A program made the translations under genes and the position numbers. This document shows, piece after piece, positions 24,471-32,000 of a DNA stretch of 32,000 bases. Positions within the stretch are counted from its first letter, which is position 1, and each line of letters starts with the position of its first letter. This DNA is from Clostridia bacterium (lineage in GTDB: Bacteria > Bacillota > Clostridia > TANB77 > RGIG9151): the NCBI GenBank assembly GCA_017450465.1, contig JAFSUW010000004.1:5604-37603 (forward strand), given 5' to 3'. The notes beneath the pieces are model-generated. The model saw only the letters and a program-made list of their open reading frames with translations, ran no database searches and was not told the origin of the DNA.

Positions 24471-26902
24471 CAAAAGATGAAAGGATGAGTATTTTGAAAG
24501 AACTAGGTTATAAGGAATTAAATTATTTTTGTGATGTAAAAAGCTTAAAATTCAAAACTACTAAAGAAGTAATGCCATCAAGAGAAATAATCGGACAAGG
24601 CAAAACTACTAAGTCTCTTGAATTTGGCTTAAATATTGATGCTAAAGGATATAACATTTACTTGTCTGGTTCAACAGGAACAGGTAAGACAAGTTTTGTT
24701 AAAGATTACTTAAAGAGAGTAGCAAAAAGAAGAGAAGTTCCTTGTGACTGGTGCTATGTACATAATTTTGATGATTCAAATCAACCTCTTGCAATTTCAC
24801 TTCCAGCAGGAAAAGGTAAGGTTTTTGTAAGAGATATGGATAATTTAATAAAAACTATTTCTATCGAAATACCAAAGGCATTTGATAATAACGATTATGA
24901 GAACGAGAAAAATAGAATAATGCAAGAGTTCCAAGATAAGAGAACAGAATTAATCGATAAATTAAATGTTACTGCGGAAAAGCAGGGCTTTAGAGTAAAG
25001 ACAACACCAAATGGTATTTATTTCTTACCAATAATTAATGGTGAAGCAATAACAGAAGAAGAATTTAATGATTTAGATGATTCAGAAAAGAATAAAATAA
25101 TGGCTAAATCAGGTAAAATTCAATTAAAAACTATGGATACCATTCGTAAGATAAAAGAACTTGAGAAAAAAGCACAAATGGAAACTGAAGAGTGGGAAAA
25201 CCAGACAGCACTTTTTGCAGTTGGTGTACATGTAAATGATTTAATGGAAAAGTATAAAGATTATCCTAAAATTGTTAATTATTTATATGATGTACAAAAA
25301 GATATTTTGGAAAACATCGATAAATTCTCTGAAGAAGAAATACCAGAAGAAGCACAAATCTTTTTACAAGGCATGTTAAAGAAGGAAAACGATTCACCGA
25401 CAGAGAGATATAAAGTAAATTTATTAGTTGATAACTCAAAAACAAAGGGTGCTCCTGTAATAGTAGACTTTAACCCAACATTCTATAATTTAGTTGGTAA
25501 AATAGAATATGAAAACGAGTTTGGTGCATTAGCTACAAACTACACAATGATAAAGCCAGGTTTACTTCATAATGCAAATGGTGGATATTTAGTACTTCAA
25601 GTAAAAGATGTTCTTACAAATCCACTTGCTTGGGAAGCATTAAAAAGATGCTTAAGAACCGGCGAAGTTCAAGTAGAAAATGTAAAAGATCAAGTAAATG
25701 TATTGCCTGTTGCAACATTAAAACCAGAGCCAATACCACTTAACTTAAAAGTTATATTAGTTGGTACACCAGATGTATATCATTTATTATATGAAATGGA
25801 TGATGACTTTTATAAATTATTCAAAGTAAAAGTAGAATTTGAAGAAGAGATGGATAATACAGAAGCAAATAGAAAGAAATTAACATCATTCATTAGTTCT
25901 TTCTGTGAAAAAGATAAGACATTACATTTTGCACCAAGTGGCGTTGCAGCAGTTATACAATATTCATCAGCAGTTGCAGATGATCAAACAAAATTATCAG
26001 CAAGATTTAATGACTTGCTTCAAATTCTTACTGAGTCTGCTTCATGGGCAGCAAATGATAAAGCAAATGCTGTTGAAGAAAAGCATGTAAAACGTGCAAT
26101 GCAAGAAAAACGTAATAGAGTAAATAACTACGACAAACGTATGCAAGAAATGATTTTAGACAACACAATTTTAGTTGATACTGTAGGAAGTGTTGTAGGA
26201 CAAATCAATGGTCTTGCAGTAATAGATATGGGCGATTGTGTATTTGGTAAGCCATCAAGAATAACTGCAAATACATTTATAGGTAAAGCAGGTATCGTAA
26301 ATATTGAAAGAGAAGCAGACATGAGTGGTACTTCTCATACAAAAGGTGTATTAATACTTAGTGCATATATTGGTGAAAAGTATGCTCAAAACTTGCCATT
26401 AGCACTTACCGCAAGTTTATGTTTCGAACAACAATATAACGGAGTAGATGGTGATAGCGCATCGAGTACAGAAGTATATGCAATTTTATCAAGTTTGTCT
26501 GGTGTGCCAATAAAACAAGGAATTGCAGTTACTGGTTCGGTTAACCAAAAAGGTGAAATACAGCCAATAGGTGGAGCAAGTGACAAGATAGAAGGATTCT
26601 TTAATGTATGTAAAGCACGTAAACTTACAGGAGAGCAAGGTGTAATAATACCTCATCAAAACGTAAAGAATCTTCACTTAAATGATGAAGTAATAGAGGC
26701 AGTAAAAGCAGGTAAGTTCCATATATGGTCAGTTAAGACAATAGACGAAGGAATTGAAATTTTAACTGGTGTAAAGGCAGGAAAGAGAAAAGAAGATGGA
26801 ACATATCCAAAGGGCACAATAAATCAACTTGCTTATGATAAATTAAAATCTTATGCAATGACAGTAACTACTTTTGGAAAAGAAGAGAATAAAAAATATT
26901 AA
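24467..26902 (+). CDS. Lon-like ATP-dependent protease (AAA+ domain + S16 Ser-Lys protease domain; LonB/COG1067-like)
   Basis: About 811 aa. Walker A GSTGTGKTS. C-terminal DGDSASSTEVYAILSSL (catalytic Ser) and GGASDKIEGFF (Lys). The ATG-24467 start overlaps the rimI stop (ATGA). ATG-24455 is an alternative start. Confidence 0.75.
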   Translation: MTKDERMSILKELGYKELNYFCDVKSLKFKTTKEVMPSREIIGQGKTTKSLEFGLNIDAKGYNIYLSGSTGTGKTSFVKDYLKRVAKRREVPCDWCYVHNFDDSNQPLAISLPAGKGKVFVRDMDNLIKTISIEIPKAFDNNDYENEKNRIMQEFQDKRTELIDKLNVTAEKQGFRVKTTPNGIYFLPIINGEAITEEEFNDLDDSEKNKIMAKSGKIQLKTMDTIRKIKELEKKAQMETEEWENQTALFAVGVHVNDLMEKYKDYPKIVNYLYDVQKDILENIDKFSEEEIPEEAQIFLQGMLKKENDSPTERYKVNLLVDNSKTKGAPVIVDFNPTFYNLVGKIEYENEFGALATNYTMIKPGLLHNANGGYLVLQVKDVLTNPLAWEALKRCLRTGEVQVENVKDQVNVLPVATLKPEPIPLNLKVILVGTPDVYHLLYEMDDDFYKLFKVKVEFEEEMDNTEANRKKLTSFISSFCEKDKTLHFAPSGVAAVIQYSSAVADDQTKLSARFNDLLQILTESASWAANDKANAVEEKHVKRAMQEKRNRVNNYDKRMQEMILDNTILVDTVGSVVGQINGLAVIDMGDCVFGKPSRITANTFIGKAGIVNIEREADMSGTSHTKGVLILSAYIGEKYAQNLPLALTASLCFEQQYNGVDGDSASSTEVYAILSSLSGVPIKQGIAVTGSVNQKGEIQPIGGASDKIEGFFNVCKARKLTGEQGVIIPHQNVKNLHLNDEVIEAVKAGKFHIWSVKTIDEGIEILTGVKAGKRKEDGTYPKGTINQLAYDKLKSYAMTVTTFGKEENKKY

Positions 26903-26906
26903 AATA

Positions 26907-26938
26907 AAAACTCTGGATAGTTGATATCCAGAGTTTTT
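26907..26938. terminator. bidirectional terminator between the Lon-like gene and tatD
   Basis: AAAA-CTCTGGATA (26911-26919) / TATCCAGAG (26925-26933)-TTTTTT. Confidence 0.75.
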
Positions 26939-26957
26939 TGTAATTATTATAAAAAAG

Positions 26958-27722
26958 TTACGAAATCCCAAACAATTTTTTTGCATTATTTTTTGTGATT
27001 TCTGAAATTTCTTCTTCACTAATGTTTTTTAATTCTGCGATTTTTTCTACAACGTATTTTAAGTACATTGAGTTATTCCTTTTGCCTCTATATGGGTTTG
27101 GTGCAAGATATGGTGAATCGGTCTCGATTAAAATTCGATCAAGCGGTGCATATTTTAATACTTCTGGTACAGATTTTGCATTGTTAAATGTAAGTGTTCC
27201 ACCAAAGCCTAGATAAAAACCCAAGTTAAGTATGATTTTTGCACTTTCAAGTGAGCCAGAGTAACAGTGGAGTACGCCTTTTTTATCTAGTGGCGTGTTT
27301 TTTAATATATCTAAAGTGTCCCCATGCGCATCTCTATCATGAATAATAACCGGTAAGTTTAACTCGTTTGCAAGATTTAGTTGACTTACAAAATATTTTT
27401 TTTGAATATCTTTGTTAGAAGTATCATAGTAGTAATCAAGCCCTATTTCACCAATTGCAACTATTTTTTTGTTGGGAGAATAAAGAGCTTTTATATCGTC
27501 TACAGATTCGTTTTCAAAAACATTTTCAGGATGTATACCAATAGCAGCATAAATAAAGTCGTATTTATTTGCAAGTTCGATAGAAATTTTAGAAGTTTTT
27601 ATGTTGGTACCAGCATTTATGATGTTTGAAACTGAATTTTGTTGCATAATAGATAATATTTCGTCTCGGTCGATATCGAATTTTGCATCATCATAATGTG
27701 CATGTGAATCAAAATATTCCAT
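26958..27722 (-). CDS. tatD: TatD-family metal-dependent hydrolase/DNase
   Basis: 254 aa. FDSHAHYDD N-terminal metal motif, IGEIGLDYYY, VIIHDRDAH, ETDSPYL. Confidence 0.88.
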   Translation of the reverse strand: MEYFDSHAHYDDAKFDIDRDEILSIMQQNSVSNIINAGTNIKTSKISIELANKYDFIYAAIGIHPENVFENESVDDIKALYSPNKKIVAIGEIGLDYYYDTSNKDIQKKYFVSQLNLANELNLPVIIHDRDAHGDTLDILKNTPLDKKGVLHCYSGSLESAKIILNLGFYLGFGGTLTFNNAKSVPEVLKYAPLDRILIETDSPYLAPNPYRGKRNNSMYLKYVVEKIAELKNISEEEISEITKNNAKKLFGIS

Positions 27723-27739
27723 AATTATATCCTTTCATG

Positions 27740-30700
27740 TTACTTATTAAGTTCCATTGAAATCAATTTACTTATACCACGTTCTTCCATAGTAACGCCA
27801 TAAACAGAATTTGCAGCTTCCATAGTGCCTTTTCTGTGAGTTATTATGATGAACTGAATGTCGTCTGAAAAATGTTTTATATATTCAGCAAATCTATATA
27901 CGTTTACATCGTCAAGTGCTGCCTCAATCTCGTCGAGTAAGCAAAATGGTGAAGGATTTATTTTTAAGATTGCAAAGAGTAGGGCAATAGCAGTAAATGC
28001 GCGTTCTCCTCCGGAAAGTAACATCATATTTTGAAGTTTCTTTCCTGGTGGCTGTACTTCAATTTCAATGCCACTTGTTAAAACGTTTTCAGCATCACTA
28101 AGTCGTAAAATAGCACGGCCACCGCCAAAAAGTTCAGCAAAAACTTCGCCAAAATTTTTGTTGATTATAGCAAATTTACTTAAAAATTCTTCTTTCATAA
28201 TATTAGTCATATCGAGAATAACTTTCTTTAGTTTGCTTTCTGATTCGTCTAGGTCTTTTTTTTGTGTATCCATAAAGTCAAAACGTTCTTTAGTTTTCTG
28301 ATATTCTTCAATTGCATCAATGTTTATGCTGCCAAGATTATTAATTTTATTTTTTAGTGCATTAATTTTTGTGTTTAAGTTAACACCCCTAAAGTCTTGC
28401 TCTAGTGCCAAACAATCATTATAAGTCATTTGATAGTCTTCCCAAATTTTATTTGTTGCGACTTCAAAATCCATATCAAATTTTGCTTTTTTGATTTCGG
28501 TTTTAGATATTTTTTCTTTAACTTCCGATACAAGAGCGTTTAATTCAATATTTTGCTGTTCGAGTTTTTCGATATTTTCTTGCATTTTTATGCGATCACT
28601 CGCCATAGACTCAAGCTTTTCTTGAGTCCCAGAAATAGAGGTTTTAGTGTCCTCGATTTTTTTATTTAACTCGATAATTTTTTCTGCCATTTTTTCGTTT
28701 TCAGCAGTTAATTTTTCTTTTTGCGCTGCACGCTTTTTGATAGAAGTATTTGCTATAGCAAATTCATTATCGATGCGCTGTATTATTTCTTCTATTGACA
28801 AAATGCTTTCGTCAAAAGAAGAAAGGGATATTTTATAATTGGTTATATCAAGGCTTAAATTGTCGCGAATATCCATTTTTTCTTTATTCTTTTTCTTATA
28901 TTCGTTTACTTCTTCTTGATATGCCATATGTTTTTCTTCTAATGCTTTGTTTTCTTCTGTTAATGTAGCGATTTCGGTGTCTATAGTTTCTTTTTGCTCT
29001 TTTAACTGCGCTTTTTCAATTACAAAACTCTTCTTTTTATTAGTGTTTTCTTCGATAGAGCGAGTAATAGAAGCGGCCTTTTCTTTTGCCGTAGCCATTT
29101 CGATTTCTGCACTTTTTAATTCTTCTTGTAGAGTATTTAAGTTAGAATTAATATCGTTATCACTATTTTTTAATTTATCAATGTCCTTTTTAGTCTTTGA
29201 AATGTTAGTTTCAATTTCTTTTATTTCATCAGCGAGTTTTAAAAGAGCTCTTTTTCTACTAAGTAGACTATCAGATTTTGCCTTGCTACTACCACCAGAC
29301 ATAGTTCCACCAGTGTTTACAACGTCTCCTTCTAGTGAAACAATCTTAAAACTGCCGGTAACTTTTTTAGAAATATTAATTGCGTTGTCTAATGTGTCTA
29401 CGATAACTGTTTTAGATAATAAACTTAAAATAATATCGCTAAATATTTCATCATAAGATATTACTTCAAAGCCCATGCCAAGGAATCCAGGGAGTTTTTC
29501 AAAAGATGCCTTTTTTACAGTATCTTTTGGATGAATTGCAGATATTGGCATGAATGTAGCACGACCGGTGTGGTTTTCTTTTAATAGTTCTATTGCGCGT
29601 TTTGCGTCTTCTTCAGTATCGGTTACGATGTTTTGAAGACTGCCACCAAGAGCAATTTCTATGGCTTGTTCATATTTTTCGTCTACAGTGATTAATTTTG
29701 CAAGTGTCCCATGGAAGCCCTTCGAAAATGTTTTGTTTTTAGCACATTCGTCTAATATTGATTTAACACTTTTTGCATAACCTTCGTTATCGCGTTCGGT
29801 GTCTGAAAGGAACTTATGTTGTGATTTTTTGATATTCAAAGTTGATTCTAAATCAAAAGTATCTTTTTGTAGTTTGTGAATATCGGAAAGTATTTTTTCA
29901 TGCTCTTTATTTGAATCTTCGATTTTATGTTTTATCTCATCACATTTTTTACTTAAAGTAGTTACAGTATCATTAGCGTCTTCTAAAAGGATGTTTAGTT
30001 TATCAGTGCCAAAGAGTATATCGCTTTCTTCTTTTATAATTTGTTCATCTCTTTTTTTTACGTTTACAAGCATGGTATTTAAACTTGCAAGTTTTGAATT
30101 TTTGTCAGCAATTTTGTTCATTATTTCAATTATTTCAGTTTTTGTGTCTTCAATGTGTTGTTCTTCGGTAGAAAGTGTTTCTAAAATTTTACTTAGTTCA
30201 ACTTCTTTTTCAGCAAGAATTTTTACATATGACTCTTTTTGCGAGTTTAAGTACGCTATTTTCTTTTCCTTTTCTCCTTTTTCACTTTGTAAAGTGGCTT
30301 TTTTAGTATCAAATTCTGTAGATTCTGTATCAAAACTTTTTATATTATTTTCGTTATTGGATATTTTTTCGCGCAACAAAGAAACTTCTGAAGAAAGACG
30401 TTCTATTGAAGTTTGTTCATCAAATATAGAATTCTTAGTTTTATCTATTTCGTCATTTAAGTTATTTAATTCATTTTTTATATTTGTTTGTGAAGTAATA
30501 TTTTCATTTACATTGTTAGTTTTTTCGAATAATTCTTCATCAAGTTCAGCAATATGTGCATTTATTGAGTTTAAGTTTTCTTCTAATTTTTTGGTTATAT
30601 TTATGAAGTTATTTACTTCGTAAGTTTTTAGTTCATCTCTAAGTGCTAAATATTCTTTTGCTTTGGTAGATTGTTTTTCGAGTGGTTCTAATTTACTTTC

Positions 30701-31294
30701 TAGTTCACCTAAAATGTCTGTGATACGAAGCAAGTTTTGCCTTGTAGATTCAAGTTTTTTCTCGGCTTCAAGTTTTCTTGCTTTATATTTTGAAATACCA
30801 GCGGCTTCTTCAAATACGTTTCTTCGCTCGTCAGAATTATTTGAAAGTATCTCATCAACACGGCCTTGCCCAATTATCGAGTAGCCATCTTTACCAATAC
30901 CTGTGTTCATGAATAATTCAATGATATCTTTTAATCTACAAGCCGATTTATTAATAAAGAACTCGCTTTCGCCAGTTCTATATACTCTTCTTGTTACAAC
31001 GACTTCTGAAAAGTCTATATTTAATTTGTTGTCAGTATTGTCCATAGTAAGAGAAACCTCTGCAAAATTTAGGGGTTTCCTTGAGGCAGTACCAGCAAAA
31101 ATAACATCATCCATTTTGCCACCACGAAGGGATTTGGCACTTTGTTCACCAAGTACCCAGCGAATAGCATCAGAGATATTACTTTTTCCACTACCATTAG
31201 GCCCGATAACAGTAGTTATACCGGGCTTAAATTCTAGGGTTGTCTTATCTGCGAAGGATTTAAATCCTTGAATTTCTAGTTTTTTTAAGTACAT
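27740..31294 (-). CDS. smc: chromosome segregation protein SMC
   Basis: 1184 aa. N-terminal Walker A GPNGSGKSN, long coiled coils, hinge (GFHGTLAKLI...), C-terminal LSGGERAFTAIALLFA signature and Walker B LLDEIEAALD. Confidence 0.95.
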   Translation of the reverse strand: MYLKKLEIQGFKSFADKTTLEFKPGITTVIGPNGSGKSNISDAIRWVLGEQSAKSLRGGKMDDVIFAGTASRKPLNFAEVSLTMDNTDNKLNIDFSEVVVTRRVYRTGESEFFINKSACRLKDIIELFMNTGIGKDGYSIIGQGRVDEILSNNSDERRNVFEEAAGISKYKARKLEAEKKLESTRQNLLRITDILGELESKLEPLEKQSTKAKEYLALRDELKTYEVNNFINITKKLEENLNSINAHIAELDEELFEKTNNVNENITSQTNIKNELNNLNDEIDKTKNSIFDEQTSIERLSSEVSLLREKISNNENNIKSFDTESTEFDTKKATLQSEKGEKEKKIAYLNSQKESYVKILAEKEVELSKILETLSTEEQHIEDTKTEIIEIMNKIADKNSKLASLNTMLVNVKKRDEQIIKEESDILFGTDKLNILLEDANDTVTTLSKKCDEIKHKIEDSNKEHEKILSDIHKLQKDTFDLESTLNIKKSQHKFLSDTERDNEGYAKSVKSILDECAKNKTFSKGFHGTLAKLITVDEKYEQAIEIALGGSLQNIVTDTEEDAKRAIELLKENHTGRATFMPISAIHPKDTVKKASFEKLPGFLGMGFEVISYDEIFSDIILSLLSKTVIVDTLDNAINISKKVTGSFKIVSLEGDVVNTGGTMSGGSSKAKSDSLLSRKRALLKLADEIKEIETNISKTKKDIDKLKNSDNDINSNLNTLQEELKSAEIEMATAKEKAASITRSIEENTNKKKSFVIEKAQLKEQKETIDTEIATLTEENKALEEKHMAYQEEVNEYKKKNKEKMDIRDNLSLDITNYKISLSSFDESILSIEEIIQRIDNEFAIANTSIKKRAAQKEKLTAENEKMAEKIIELNKKIEDTKTSISGTQEKLESMASDRIKMQENIEKLEQQNIELNALVSEVKEKISKTEIKKAKFDMDFEVATNKIWEDYQMTYNDCLALEQDFRGVNLNTKINALKNKINNLGSINIDAIEEYQKTKERFDFMDTQKKDLDESESKLKKVILDMTNIMKEEFLSKFAIINKNFGEVFAELFGGGRAILRLSDAENVLTSGIEIEVQPPGKKLQNMMLLSGGERAFTAIALLFAILKINPSPFCLLDEIEAALDDVNVYRFAEYIKHFSDDIQFIIITHRKGTMEAANSVYGVTMEERGISKLISMELNK

Positions 31295-31306
31295 TTTTTA
31301 CTATCC

Positions 31307-32000
31307 TTACATAATGCCATATTTTCTTTTACTATTTTTCATCTCCTGCGTACAGAATTGTTCCCATATTGCATATTCTTTTGAATCAGTACGTACAACT
31401 TCGCAAGTGTAGAAACTATCGTCCGCTTCTTGTGTTTTTATAAGACGAATGATATCATTTTCCCCTAAATCGAGTTTTTCAAGTTCAGAAGAATGGATAG
31501 AGAAAGATGATTCGTCTTCTCTTTGGAATAACTTTACTGATTTATCTGTTATCTTTTTGTTTGGATTATTTGTATCAATAATTACAAATTTGCAAAGACG
31601 TGACTTTATCTTGGAATGTTCACCATTTAAGTTATACTTTGTAGGCCAGTCCCAAAATAGAGCGATAGAATCTCTAAGATAAACAGGAATTTTTATTTCC
31701 CCAGCACAAACACCTTTTTTAGTTACTTTTGATACCTCAAACATGAAAATTGCTGTTTTTGAGATATCAGAAGACTTTGGAAGTATTTTGCTTTTTACTT
31801 TTGGAATTTCTTCTTCGTTTTCTGGTTCTTCTTGTATTGGTAAATCAGTAGTTTTGCGTGATGATGGAATAGACACAGTTTTCTTGTTTTCAAACAAGAA
31901 ATTTTCTACATCTAAAGCATTATCAGTATTATAATAAATGGTTTCTGTTGGATAGTCAAGTACAGGAGTTTTATCAATTACTTTTTTCTCTTGTGGAGCG
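31307..32000 (-). CDS. partial ORF (5' end beyond the window edge) of unknown function; the C-terminal ~145 aa may be a DNA-binding pseudobarrel (B3/EcoRII-N-like)
   Basis: The reading frame stays open upstream of the listed TTG-31897 all the way to position 32000 (my translation: ...APQEKKVIDKTPVLDYPTETIYYNTDNALDVENFLFENKK...). The stop lies 12 nt before the smc start. Confidence 0.5.
   Translation of the reverse strand, partial: APQEKKVIDKTPVLDYPTETIYYNTDNALDVENFLFENKKTVSIPSSRKTTDLPIQEEPENEEEIPKVKSKILPKSSDISKTAIFMFEVSKVTKKGVCAGEIKIPVYLRDSIALFWDWPTKYNLNGEHSKIKSRLCKFVIIDTNNPNKKITDKSVKLFQREDESSFSIHSSELEKLDLGENDIIRLIKTQEADDSFYTCEVVRTDSKEYAIWEQFCTQEMKNSKRKYGIM

Noticed and set aside
27740-31294. 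Plus-strand ORFs of 63-210 aa (e.g. 28947..29456, 29991..30623, 30903..31271) antisense to smc
   Set aside because: Ser/Phe/Leu-rich translations are the expected antisense reading of Lys/Glu/Leu-rich coiled-coil codons. The smc call is unambiguous.

Overview
Visibly AT-rich chromosome segment from an endospore-forming Firmicute (Clostridia-like). Most of the window is conserved housekeeping and sporulation backbone: lysA, an OGG1-type glycosylase, ypeB, T-box-controlled tyrS, tlyA, fmt, spoIVA, lgt, yaaL-bofA, trxB, tsaE-tsaB-rimI, a Lon-like protease, tatD and smc. The stand-out accessory locus lies at about 4.84-12.96 kb. It consists of a near-consensus sigmaA promoter, then a c-di-GMP-I (GEMM-I) riboswitch with its own intrinsic terminator. 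These are followed by two co-transcribed giant secreted proteins (about 1233 and 1335 aa) that share a homologous Cys-rich N-terminal head. The first protein carries five ~145-aa super-repeats of the Listeria-Bacteroides (InlB B-repeat / Flg_new) type plus Ig-like modules. The second carries 13 tandem ~50-60-aa Cys/His-rich modules that I cannot assign to any named family, then a divergent FGE-sulfatase / C-type-lectin-like domain. Neither protein has a recognisable wall-anchoring motif. Other non-backbone items: (1) a DUF559 endonuclease gene bracketed by perfect 44-nt GC-rich palindromic direct repeats; (2) a family of TGTAGGGGC-type REP-like hairpins; (3) a ~195-bp rod-folding element bounded by inverted repeats between spoIVA and lgt; (4) a partial unknown ORF, possibly with a DNA-binding pseudobarrel, immediately upstream of smc. 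All calls rest on reading the sequence and motif recall; no searches were run.
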